Origin: Minisyncoccota bacterium
GTDB taxonomy: Bacteria; Patescibacteriota; Microgenomatia; UBA1400; PJMF01
Length of the DNA stretch: 46,603 nucleotides
NCBI GenBank assembly: GCA_012515515.1
Contig: JAAYYE010000012.1
Span: forward strand, 1-46,603
Direction: 5' to 3'
Each line of letters starts with the position of its first letter. Positions within the stretch are counted from its first letter, which is position 1. The notes beneath the pieces were generated by a model. The model was not told the DNA's origin. It ran no database searches and was given only the letters and a program-made list of their open reading frames with translations. Positions 9,344-19,227 of this stretch are shown here, one piece after another. The position numbers and the translations under genes were made by a program.

Positions 9344-12300
9344 TTATTCTAAGCGAGCCCTTTCTTCACTAGTGGGAATTAAGCGACCAATAATTACATT
9401 TTCTTTTAGACCTTTGAGATAGTCAATAGCTCCCTCAGAAGCCGCATCTGTTAAGACGTGCTTGGTGTGTTGGAATGAAGCAGCTGACAACCAAGAATCA
9501 GTAAATAATGAAGAACGAGTGATGCCCAACAATAAAACTCTTGCCGTGGCTGGATCACCACCAGCGGCCATGACACCTTCATTAACATCGACAAAGCGAT
9601 TGCGTTCGACAACTTCACCCACTAAGAAATCAGTATCACCAGGCATATCAATTTGCAATTTATCACCCATTTTACGTGTGATCACCTCAAAGTGTTTGTC
9701 ATTAATGGTAATACCTTGTGATTCATAAACCGCTTGCACCTGATCTAGAACATATTGTTGAGTAGCTAATAATCCAGAGAGTTGTAGCAACTCTTGAACA
9801 TTAATTCCTCCAGCAGTTAGAGCCTGACCAGTGTGAACAAGCTGCTTATCAGTAACCTGCAATTTAATCGAACTGGAAAAAACATAATCTTCTTCTTCAC
9901 CGTTATTGCCTTTAATATTAATTTCCTGTTCATTGTCTTTTTGCTTAACCCTCACTTTGCCAGGGAAATGAGCAATGATTGCCTGAACTTTTGGTGTTCT
10001 GGCTTCTAACAATTCTTCAACACGAGGTAAACCCTGCGTCACGTCTAAGCCAACAATTCCTCCAGAGTGCTTCACCCGCATAGTTAATTGCGTACCTGGC
10101 TCGCCAATGGATTGAGCAGCTAAAACACCAACTGGTACTCCAATTTTTACTGGGCTACGGTTAGAAAAATCCCAACCATAACATTTCGCACACAAACCAT
10201 GTTTGGCACGACAAGTCAGAGGTGATCTGACCCACACTGACTCAACTTTACTAAGATTGATTGTTTCAGCTAGCTCAGGTGTAATTAATTCATCTGCTTT
10301 AACTAAAATTTTATTACCGTCTTTAAGCTCTTTACTGGCGTATCGACCAATAATTCTAGCAGTAAACACATCTTTTCTTGGAGCACGATGGATTTCTATA
10401 CCCTCACTTGTTCCACAATCATCGGAACGAATAATGGCATCATGAGCAACATCTACCAAACGACGAGTTAAGTAACCAGCATCGGCAGTTTTAATGGCTG
10501 AATCAGTCAAACCTTTTCTCGATCCTCGAGCAGAAGTAATATATTCAAAAATAGTTAAACCTTGTCTAAAGTTGGATTTAGTAGGCATTTCCACAATATT
10601 ACCTAATGGATCAACCACTAAACCACGCATAGCTGCCAACTGTTTAACTTGGTCTTTTGAAGCACGTGTACCACCTGAATCAATAATGGTTTTAACAGTA
10701 TTGTGATCATCGTAAGTAGCCCAAGTTTTTTCTGCCAACTCCTCAGTTGTTTTAATCCAAACATCTAAAGATTGACGACGACGCTCATCATCAGTGATCA
10801 AACCATGCATGTAATAATCTTGAATTTTTTCCACAGCTTCATTAGCTTTATCAATGATTTGGTCTTTTTCTTCAATCATGCCACAATCGGCCACGCCAAC
10901 TGATAATCCAGATTTAGTAGCTGCTTGAAAGCCCACGTCTTTAATGTCATCAATCATTTTTGCCACGACCACTTCAGGCTCGGTTTCAATAGCTTTAGTA
11001 ATAATTTGTTTTATTTTTTTAGAATCAACGGCTTCATTAATAAATTGCAAACTTTCTGGTAAGACGCTATTAAACATCAAACGACCAACGCTTGTTTCAA
11101 TTAATTGATAGCTGTCGCCTAATTTAAGTTTAACCTGAATTCTTTGACGAAGTTTTAAACGCTCAATTTGATAAAGATGATAAGCTTCGTTTTTATCACT
11201 CAAAATAGCGGGGAAAACTTCTAAGCGATCATCAAAAGTGGTGTAATAATAAACACCCATGGCCATTTCTTTGTTTGGCAAAGTGATTGGTTCGCCGTTG
11301 GCTGGTTTTAGCAAATTATGATCGGCCATCATTAATTGAATAGCCTCTTCTTGCGCATCTTTGGTTAGAGGCACATGAACAGCCATTTGGTCACCATCAA
11401 AGTCAGCATTATATCCAGAACAAACACAAGGATGAAGAGAAATAGCACTACCCTCAATTAGCACAGGGAAAAATGCCTGTATACCAAGCTTATGTAGAGT
11501 TGGAGCACGGTTAAGTAGCACCGGGTGATTTTGAATCACTTTTTCTAAAATTGCATAAACTTCTGCTTCGCGACGATCAACTAGGTGACGAGCACTTTTT
11601 ACATTGGGTGCTATGCCATGCACAATCAATTCGCGTAACACATAAGGCTTAAACATTTCTAAAGCCATATCTTTTGGCAAACCACATTGATTAAGCTTCA
11701 ACTCTGGCCCAACAATAATCACACTACGACCAGAATAGTCAACTCTTTTTCCTAATAAATTTTGACGGAAACGACCCGTTTTACCACGCAACATTTCGGA
11801 GAGAGATCGCAAAGGTCGACGATTAGAACGACGACGACTTTGTTTGGCTTGAGAGCTGTCAATTAAAGAATCGACCGCTTCCTGCAACATTCTTTTTTCA
11901 TTACGTAAAATTATTTCAGGAGCTCCCAAATTGATAAGATGTGATAAACGGTTGTTACGATTAATTACCCGACGATACAAATCATTTAAATCTGAAGCAG
12001 CAAAGCGCCCGCCAGACAATTGAACCATTGGTCGCAAATCGGGAGGCAGCACCGGCAAAACAGATAAAAACATCCAAGACGGATCAATTTCCGATTTTTT
12101 CAAACCCTCAAACACTCTCAGGCGTTTAATGATTTTGGTTTTTTTAGCGCCTTTACTTTCGGCTAACTCATTACGTAAATTAACAATTTCTTTATCCAAA
12201 TCAACAGCTTTCACCAATTCTAAAATTGCCTCAGCTCCCATACCAACTTTTAAATGAGTATTAGCATTGTATTCATCAAGTTTGAGATATTCGTCTTCGG

Positions 12301-13063
12301 TTAGAACAACACTAGGTTTAATTTTTTTCACCATTTGTTTAATGGTTTTATAAATTTCATCAGTTTGTTCAACCTGCACTGCTAACTGTTGTTTGGCAGC
12401 GACAATCTTATTTTTAGTTTTTAAATCTAACTCTGCCAACTTAAGTTGCAAGGTTTCCTTACTTTTTACTTTTTCTTTAAGTGTTTTTGTTTCAACTTTA
12501 AAATCTTCTTTGATTTTTAAAATACTTTTTTCAACACCATCTTTTAATTCATCGATAGCTGCCACAGCATCAACATCTAATTGTTGTAATACTTCTTTTT
12601 TCTGTTCGCTATCAACTCCCAAAACCACGTATTGAGAAAAATACATGATTGAATTGAGGTTGCGCGGAGACAAATTTAATAACAAAGATAATTTTGAAGG
12701 AGCTCCTTTAAAAAACCAAATGTGAGCGACTGGAGCTGCCAATTGGATGTGGCCCATTCTTTCACGACGGACTCTGGACTCTGTGACTTCTACGCCACAT
12801 TTGTCACAAATAATTCCCTTGTATCTAATTCTTTTGTATTTGCCACAATGACATTCGTAATCTTTAACTGGACCAAAAATTTTTTCATCGAACAAACCAT
12901 CTTTTTCTGGTTTTAGTGATCGATAATTAATTGTTTCTGGTTTTTTTACCTCGCCATAAGACCAGTCTTTGATTTCTTCAGGAGAAGCAATTTTTATTTG
13001 TAGGGCACTAAAATCAACAATGTCTTTAGTTTTTTTAATTGGTTGGTTAAAGAATTTTGTCAT
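9344..13063 (-). CDS. rpoC: DNA-directed RNA polymerase subunit beta-prime
   Basis: 1239 aa with the Zn-finger CHCGKYKRIRYKGIICDKCGVEV, the catalytic NADFDGDQM motif and trigger-loop/bridge-helix regions. Confidence 0.99.
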   Translation of the reverse strand: MTKFFNQPIKKTKDIVDFSALQIKIASPEEIKDWSYGEVKKPETINYRSLKPEKDGLFDEKIFGPVKDYECHCGKYKRIRYKGIICDKCGVEVTESRVRRERMGHIQLAAPVAHIWFFKGAPSKLSLLLNLSPRNLNSIMYFSQYVVLGVDSEQKKEVLQQLDVDAVAAIDELKDGVEKSILKIKEDFKVETKTLKEKVKSKETLQLKLAELDLKTKNKIVAAKQQLAVQVEQTDEIYKTIKQMVKKIKPSVVLTEDEYLKLDEYNANTHLKVGMGAEAILELVKAVDLDKEIVNLRNELAESKGAKKTKIIKRLRVFEGLKKSEIDPSWMFLSVLPVLPPDLRPMVQLSGGRFAASDLNDLYRRVINRNNRLSHLINLGAPEIILRNEKRMLQEAVDSLIDSSQAKQSRRRSNRRPLRSLSEMLRGKTGRFRQNLLGKRVDYSGRSVIIVGPELKLNQCGLPKDMALEMFKPYVLRELIVHGIAPNVKSARHLVDRREAEVYAILEKVIQNHPVLLNRAPTLHKLGIQAFFPVLIEGSAISLHPCVCSGYNADFDGDQMAVHVPLTKDAQEEAIQLMMADHNLLKPANGEPITLPNKEMAMGVYYYTTFDDRLEVFPAILSDKNEAYHLYQIERLKLRQRIQVKLKLGDSYQLIETSVGRLMFNSVLPESLQFINEAVDSKKIKQIITKAIETEPEVVVAKMIDDIKDVGFQAATKSGLSVGVADCGMIEEKDQIIDKANEAVEKIQDYYMHGLITDDERRRQSLDVWIKTTEELAEKTWATYDDHNTVKTIIDSGGTRASKDQVKQLAAMRGLVVDPLGNIVEMPTKSNFRQGLTIFEYITSARGSRKGLTDSAIKTADAGYLTRRLVDVAHDAIIRSDDCGTSEGIEIHRAPRKDVFTARIIGRYASKELKDGNKILVKADELITPELAETINLSKVESVWVRSPLTCRAKHGLCAKCYGWDFSNRSPVKIGVPVGVLAAQSIGEPGTQLTMRVKHSGGIVGLDVTQGLPRVEELLEARTPKVQAIIAHFPGKVRVKQKDNEQEINIKGNNGEEEDYVFSSSIKLQVTDKQLVHTGQALTAGGINVQELLQLSGLLATQQYVLDQVQAVYESQGITINDKHFEVITRKMGDKLQIDMPGDTDFLVGEVVERNRFVDVNEGVMAAGGDPATARVLLLGITRSSLFTDSWLSAASFQHTKHVLTDAASEGAIDYLKGLKENVIIGRLIPTSEERARLE

Positions 13064-13118
13064 AAAATTTTCGATTTTTGCTTGATAAAAATATATTTAT
13101 TTAATGCTTAAACTTTCT

Positions 13119-16100
13119 TTATTCTTCAATTTCTATTTCTGTAACATCGTTAACTTCTTCGTCTTCATCAACTTCTTCTTCCTCGATGTCTTCTTGTCCG
13201 ATATCGGGAGCATCTAAATCCTCGTCTTCTTTATTATCTTCAATACCAAGGGCATCTTTTTCTTCAGCTTCTAAATCATCTAAAATTAAAATTTCTTCTT
13301 GATCTATTGAGCTTGGTTTATCTTCACTAATCACTACCACCTCTTCATGAGGATTAATATTTAAAGATAAGGAATTTAATTCTTTACAGAGCACCTTAAA
13401 TGATTCTGGAACGGTTGGTGCAGGAATTTCTTCTCCCTTAACAATGGCTTCAAAAGCTTTCGCCCGGCCTCTGACATCATCTGACTTAATTGTTAACATT
13501 TCTTGCAAGACATGAGCTGCCCGATGTGCTTCGAGTGCCCAGACTTCCATTTCTCCCATACGCTGACCACCCATTTGAGCTTTACCGCCCAGAGGCTGTT
13601 GCGTCACTAAAGAATAAGGACCAGTTGAGCGAGCATGGGTTTTATCTTCAACCATGTGACTGAGTTTTAAAATATAGTTCACACCGACCACTGATTTTTC
13701 ATGGTAGGGTTCACCTGTTAAGCCGTCGTAAAGCTGAGCTTTACCTGAAACAGGCAGCTTAGCTTTTTCTAATTCCTGCCAAATTTTATCTTCATCAAAT
13801 TCCTCAAAAGCAGGCACCGCTACTTGATAACCAAGCTTATCAGCTGCCCAACCCAAGTGGGTTTCTAAAAGCTGACCTAGATTCATACGAGCCAAAACAG
13901 ACAAAGGAGAAATAATAATGTCAACTGGGGTGCCATCTGCTAAATGAGGCATATCTGCCTGGTGAACAATTTTGGATATAACACCCTTGTTGCCATGTCG
14001 ACCAGCCAATTTATCCCCAACCACAATTTTTCTCAATTGAGCGACTTTAACGATAACTTCTTTGATCGTCCCAGGATCTAATTCATCACCTAAATCACGA
14101 TCTAAAATTTGCACATCAATGATTGTTCCTTCTTCTCCATGTGGCATACGCAAAGAAGTATCGCGAATTTCCTTAGATTTTTCACCGAAAATAGCTCTCA
14201 ACAAGCGTTCCTCTGGAGAAAGTTCTGTTTCGCCCTTAGGAGCAACTTTACCCACCAAAATATCGCCTGATTTAACATGGCTACCAATTTGAATAATACC
14301 GTCAATGTTAAGGTTGGCTAGAAAAGTTTCACTAACATTAGGAATATCATTAGTTAACTCTTCAGGGCCCAAACGGGTGTCCATGATTTTAGCTTTATGC
14401 TCACTAATCTGAATAGAGCTTAAGGCATCTTCTTTGACTAGGCGATCAGAAATCACAATCGCATCTTCATAACCTAAACCGTTATAGGCAGTATAGGCAA
14501 TTAATAAATTAGTACCCAGAGCTAATTCTCCATGATCAGTAGCTGGGCCATCAATTAAAACATCGCCTTTCTTAATTTTATCGCCGACTAAAACAGCTGG
14601 AGTTTGATTGTAACAAGTACTTTGAGCAGTACGATTGAACTTTCTTAGTTTATAAACTAAGTTTCCTTGTTGATAAGCTACATATTCATTGTTGGCATTT
14701 TCCACCCAAGCTTTAGCTTTATCGTGATATTTAGGATCAAGCTTTAAGATGACTTCACTAGCATCTACATTTTGGATTTCTCCAGGAAATTCTGCTATAA
14801 CCGTCCAACCCATAGCTGCTGCTATTTCCTTTTCCATACCCGTCCCGACAGTGGGAGCTTGTGGTTTAACCAAAGGCACTGCCTGACATTGCATGTGTGA
14901 ACCCATCAAAGCACGATTAGCTTCATCATGAGCCACAAAAGGAATTAAAGAGGCACTGCTGCCAACCACTTGACGCGGCACCACATCAATATATTGAACT
15001 TTATTCACCGAACCCTCAATAAATTTATTGCTATAGCGCATTGGCACCCAATCTTGAGTGATATAGCCCTTGTCATCAATCTCGACACTAGCATGAGTAA
15101 TATAATAATCTTCTTCTTCATCAGCACTTAAATAAACAATTTCATCAGTCACCTTCATTTTGCCTTTTACATTTTCCACTTTAAAATATGGAGCTTCTAA
15201 AAATCCATATTTATTAACGCGGGTATAAAGGGCTAAATAAGTCACTAAACCAATGTTTGGACCTTCTGGTGAACGAATTGGACAAATTCTTGAATACTGA
15301 GAAGCATTAATATCACGCATGGAGAAAGAAGCTCTATCTCGAGTAACACCGCCTGTACCCATCACTGACAAACGACGCAAATTATCAATTTCTGATAGTG
15401 GATTAGTTTGGTCTAAGATAGTGGACAAACGATTACGACGGAAAAACTCAGCAATAGAAGCAATTAGTGGTCTGGCATTAACTAAAGCAGAAGGGGTTAA
15501 AACTTCTTCGGTTTTAGTCAAAGACATTTTTTCACGAATTGATCGTTCTAGTCGAATTAAGCCAATACGAAAAGCACTGATGAGAACTAATTCGCCAACC
15601 TGGCGGACTCGACGATTTGACAAATGATCAATATCATCGACTTTACCCTCACCATTTTGCAGCTTAATTAAATATTTAATACTAGCCAAGACATCTTCTT
15701 TGGCCAAGACCGTTAATTTTTTATCTAAATCAATACCTAGACGGCGATTCATTTTGTAACGACCCACCTCGCCCAAATCATAACGACGTGCATCAAAAAA
15801 CATATTGCTTAAAAATTCTTGAGCAGTGTCTAAGACGGCTGGCTCACCAGGACGCATTTTTTCATAAAGCTCAATTAGAGCCTCTGCCTGATTAGCTGTA
15901 GAATCTTTACGCAAAGTGTTATTAATTAAATCTAATTTGTCTTGTTTAATGACTTCTCCTAGAGCAGTAGCAATATCATCATTGCTTTCCCAACCCAAGG
16001 CGCGAAGCAAGACGGTAGCCGGCATTTTACGGCGACGATCAATTTTGACCGTCAAAACATGACGACGACTGACGTTTATTTCCAACCATGAACCACGCAT

Positions 16101-16586
16101 TGGTCGCAACTCAGCTTTATATAATAATTCTTTAGTGTTTTGATCTTCTTCTCCAGAAAAGAAAACGCCAGGAGATCGAACTAATTGAGTAACGATACCT
16201 CTTTCAATGCCATTAATAATAAAGGTCCCAGTATTAGTCATCGCCGGGATATCGCCCAAAAAAACCTCTTGAGTTCGTTCTTCGCCAGTTTTTTTATTCA
16301 ACAAAGTGGCTTCAACATAAAGAGGTTGATCGTAAGATACATTTTTTGTTTTAGCTTCTGCGGGAGTATATTTGGCTTGCCCAAAACGGTATTCGCCAAA
16401 TTTCAATGACCAGTTTTTGCCGGTGAAATCTTCTATGCCTCGCTCGCCATTAATTTCCTGTAATGATTCTTTGATACCTTGATTTAAAAAAGTTTGATAA
16501 CTTTCAATTTGCAGGGCAATTAAGTTTGATTCGGGTAAAACTTTGTGATTTTCTCCCCAATTTTGACGATCGATTGCTTGTGACAT
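13119..16586 (-). CDS. rpoB: DNA-directed RNA polymerase subunit beta with a ~75-aa polyacidic C-terminal tail
   Basis: 1155 aa with conserved beta blocks (GTFIINGIERGIV, RLSVMGTGG, GRHGNKGV, GGQRMGEMEVWALEA). An AAGGA Shine-Dalgarno sequence lies upstream. Confidence 0.99.
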   Translation of the reverse strand: MSQAIDRQNWGENHKVLPESNLIALQIESYQTFLNQGIKESLQEINGERGIEDFTGKNWSLKFGEYRFGQAKYTPAEAKTKNVSYDQPLYVEATLLNKKTGEERTQEVFLGDIPAMTNTGTFIINGIERGIVTQLVRSPGVFFSGEEDQNTKELLYKAELRPMRGSWLEINVSRRHVLTVKIDRRRKMPATVLLRALGWESNDDIATALGEVIKQDKLDLINNTLRKDSTANQAEALIELYEKMRPGEPAVLDTAQEFLSNMFFDARRYDLGEVGRYKMNRRLGIDLDKKLTVLAKEDVLASIKYLIKLQNGEGKVDDIDHLSNRRVRQVGELVLISAFRIGLIRLERSIREKMSLTKTEEVLTPSALVNARPLIASIAEFFRRNRLSTILDQTNPLSEIDNLRRLSVMGTGGVTRDRASFSMRDINASQYSRICPIRSPEGPNIGLVTYLALYTRVNKYGFLEAPYFKVENVKGKMKVTDEIVYLSADEEEDYYITHASVEIDDKGYITQDWVPMRYSNKFIEGSVNKVQYIDVVPRQVVGSSASLIPFVAHDEANRALMGSHMQCQAVPLVKPQAPTVGTGMEKEIAAAMGWTVIAEFPGEIQNVDASEVILKLDPKYHDKAKAWVENANNEYVAYQQGNLVYKLRKFNRTAQSTCYNQTPAVLVGDKIKKGDVLIDGPATDHGELALGTNLLIAYTAYNGLGYEDAIVISDRLVKEDALSSIQISEHKAKIMDTRLGPEELTNDIPNVSETFLANLNIDGIIQIGSHVKSGDILVGKVAPKGETELSPEERLLRAIFGEKSKEIRDTSLRMPHGEEGTIIDVQILDRDLGDELDPGTIKEVIVKVAQLRKIVVGDKLAGRHGNKGVISKIVHQADMPHLADGTPVDIIISPLSVLARMNLGQLLETHLGWAADKLGYQVAVPAFEEFDEDKIWQELEKAKLPVSGKAQLYDGLTGEPYHEKSVVGVNYILKLSHMVEDKTHARSTGPYSLVTQQPLGGKAQMGGQRMGEMEVWALEAHRAAHVLQEMLTIKSDDVRGRAKAFEAIVKGEEIPAPTVPESFKVLCKELNSLSLNINPHEEVVVISEDKPSSIDQEEILILDDLEAEEKDALGIEDNKEDEDLDAPDIGQEDIEEEEVDEDEEVNDVTEIEIEE

Positions 16587-16852
16587 GAAGATCCTTGCTA
16601 AATTTCCTGTTGATTAATAGATTTTTAATAATTATTTTTTTAATTTAAATTGCGCTATATACCACGCATATAGCTTAAAAGGCCAGATATGCAAAAAAAC
16701 ACAGTCAAGATATGAAATCACTTGCTGTGCTAAAATCAATTAGCTTTTTTGTTGTTTTTTAAAACAAAGTACACAAATTGGCTCGGCTACTTACTATTGC
16801 TTCTGGCTAAAGTCTTTTTTAGACAATTGTGTATTGTAACAGAAAATTAAAA

Positions 16853-17851
16853 CTAACGCAAGTATTGATTCACATTGGCATTGTGAGCCTCTAGCGTTTC
16901 TGCCGTGTGAATTTGCCCAGACAAATCGTGAATATAATAAAGCGCATTGCTTGACTGTGGATTAAGCACTGCTTCTATCGCCGCTAAACCAGGATTGCAA
17001 ATTGGTGCTGGAGGCAAACCCGGGTTGAGATAAGTATTATATGCAGAGTCTAGTTTTTTATCAGCAGCGGTGGGAGTTGACCACCAATTTTGTTCAGCAG
17101 TACTAAAAGCCTTGATGTATTGCAGTGTTGCGTCTACCTGAAGAGGCATATTAATCTCGAGACGATTAAATAAAATACCTGCAACAAGTGGCATTTCTGT
17201 ATCATGAGCGCTTTCTCTTTGCACTAGTGAAGCAAGAGTAAGAACCTGCTCAACAGTTAAATTGCTGCTTGGCAAATGCTCCTTGATTAAAGCTAGGGCT
17301 TTATTTTCAAAAGTATTGTGTAAAAGATTCACAATGGTTTGACTGCTACTAGCTTTGGACACTAAATAAGTTTCTGGAAACAACTGGCCTTCTAAGCCAC
17401 TGCTTAGATCTAAAAATTCTTTTTCATCAAAATTACTTAAGTCCTGCTTCACCAAGCTCGCGGCTATTTCCTCGCGTCGCCAACCCTCCGGGATGGTGAT
17501 CCACACATCGTCCGTCCCTTTAGTTAAAAGGTGAGCTAGCTCAATAGTTGATAAGTTAGGACTTAATTTAAAAGAACCTGCCTGAATTTTATTTTGCAAA
17601 CCCTGTTGTAAGACAAGCAAACGAAAAGCTAGGGGCGAACGAATTAAACCCTCTTCGTGCAGATTTTTAGCAATTATCTGAGTCGCCTGACCCTTGGGGA
17701 TGACAAAAGTGACAATAGTGTTGTCATTCTTATCCACCGCTCGCAACAGAGACAAGGAGATAGTTACAAAAGAAACAAACAATATTAAACAAATTAATAA
17801 AAAAGCAATAAATTTAATAGGTTTTTTTTTGGGATTTTTCATGAAGAGCAC
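16853..17851 (-). CDS. mltG: Endolytic murein transglycosylase MltG (YceG family)
   Basis: 332 aa with an N-terminal TM segment and YceG-like blocks (FPETYL, LTLASLVQRES, YNTYLNPGLPPAPICNPG). Confidence 0.88.
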   Translation of the reverse strand: MLFMKNPKKKPIKFIAFLLICLILFVSFVTISLSLLRAVDKNDNTIVTFVIPKGQATQIIAKNLHEEGLIRSPLAFRLLVLQQGLQNKIQAGSFKLSPNLSTIELAHLLTKGTDDVWITIPEGWRREEIAASLVKQDLSNFDEKEFLDLSSGLEGQLFPETYLVSKASSSQTIVNLLHNTFENKALALIKEHLPSSNLTVEQVLTLASLVQRESAHDTEMPLVAGILFNRLEINMPLQVDATLQYIKAFSTAEQNWWSTPTAADKKLDSAYNTYLNPGLPPAPICNPGLAAIEAVLNPQSSNALYYIHDLSGQIHTAETLEAHNANVNQYLR

Positions 17852-17856
17852 TTAGT

Positions 17857-18258
17857 TTAACATAATTCTAAGTAGTTTTCGAGAATAATAGCTGCCGCAT
17901 AGTGATCTATTTCTCGATAACGATCTTTTTTAGGCAAGTCTTTAAGTTTTTCTTTAACCTCATGCGAAGAGAGGGCTTCGTCGACTAAAATAATTGGCAA
18001 ATTGAATAATCTTGCTAAATGATCACGGAAAATCAAGGTTTTTTCTGCCATTTGCTGCTCAGAGATACCTAAAACAATTTTCTCAACTTTTTCTGTTTCA
18101 ATAATTTTTTTTAATTCAGCCTGAGCGTGAGGGCCAATAACTGTATTTTCTGCTGACAAATCATTTTTTAAAACCTTGAGCGGTTCTGCTAAAGCAACAT
18201 AAGAAATAGCTAAACCAATTCTTGCCAAGCCATAATCAATTGCTAAAATTGTCGACAT
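17857..18258 (-). CDS. ruvX: Putative pre-16S rRNA nuclease / Holliday-junction resolvase-like protein YqgF
   Basis: 133 aa with an N-terminal ILAIDYGLARIGLA motif and a C-terminal DEALSS...IDHYAAAIILENYL, typical of the YqgF/RuvX family. Confidence 0.85.
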   Translation of the reverse strand: MSTILAIDYGLARIGLAISYVALAEPLKVLKNDLSAENTVIGPHAQAELKKIIETEKVEKIVLGISEQQMAEKTLIFRDHLARLFNLPIILVDEALSSHEVKEKLKDLPKKDRYREIDHYAAAIILENYLELC

Positions 18259-18267
18259 TCCCTATTT

Positions 18268-19227
18268 CTATTCCTTAACTAATTGAGCAGTCACTACGCC
18301 TCGGCGCAAGGTGGTGCCTTCAGGAGTGCAAGTCACTAATTTTAACTGACGCACGTCATAGCGTTGGGCCAAAATGAAGGTATCATCTGGCTTGACCTCT
18401 GTACGACTCTGAACCAGGTAAGTGTACTTAACTCCGTCTTTGGTCAAATAAATTTTATCACCTTTTTCTAGCAACATAATTTTACTAAAAATTGAATTAT
18501 AGCGTCGGGGATTTTTTTCGCTAGGATTATAAAATTGTCGCAAAACTGAGTGACCAAAAATTACTGGCGCACCCAATTGACCAGGCAAACCAGTGCCCGG
18601 GTAATGAATTAAGCTCTGATTTAAATCATTGCCTCCCACCCTAACTTTAGCATTGCTAATATTTAAACTAGGAATGTCTAAACTGTATTCAACAAATTCA
18701 CTAGTGGCTAATTCCGCAACCTCAAGATCTTCATTAAACCAATTACTTAAATCGGTAAAATCAAGAGCTTGATCTAGAATCACTGGCTCAGTGGGATTGC
18801 TGACAACTTCGGATTCAATATCATTTTGCGCCTGGGCAGAAAGCAGTGGTGTGCTTAATAACACCTGAGAATGCGGAATTGGTGACAATAAAGCTAGTTC
18901 ATCCCGCTTATTCCATGGCAAATAATACTCAATTAGGGGCCACATGGCTGATAAGGCCAGTACCAAACCAAAGACAATCAAGGCTAATGGAAAAATAGTG
19001 GCACCCACTCTAATAGTTTTTGGTAAACGGCGCCAAAAATTTAATTTAATCTGCTCATCTAAGTCTTGTTCTCCCTTACGACTAGCCTGATCTTGTTTTA
19101 AATAATAATTAATTTTTTTATCTACATCTTGAATAGCTACACCATCCTGAAGAGCTTGGCGATAAAGCTGTAACAACTGTTTTTTTTGTTTATTTAGTTG
19201 TGTGTCTTTTTTAGACATATTAATCAA
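18268..19227 (-). CDS. Sortase-family transpeptidase with a ~75-aa N-terminal cytoplasmic extension and a TM anchor
   Basis: 319 aa. The catalytic triad context is present: His (APVIFGHSV), Cys (LKLVTCTPEG, TLxTC-like) and Arg (TLRRGVV). The TM segment is VGATIFPLALIVFGLVLALSAMW. Confidence 0.85.
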   Translation of the reverse strand: MINMSKKDTQLNKQKKQLLQLYRQALQDGVAIQDVDKKINYYLKQDQASRKGEQDLDEQIKLNFWRRLPKTIRVGATIFPLALIVFGLVLALSAMWPLIEYYLPWNKRDELALLSPIPHSQVLLSTPLLSAQAQNDIESEVVSNPTEPVILDQALDFTDLSNWFNEDLEVAELATSEFVEYSLDIPSLNISNAKVRVGGNDLNQSLIHYPGTGLPGQLGAPVIFGHSVLRQFYNPSEKNPRRYNSIFSKIMLLEKGDKIYLTKDGVKYTYLVQSRTEVKPDDTFILAQRYDVRQLKLVTCTPEGTTLRRGVVTAQLVKE

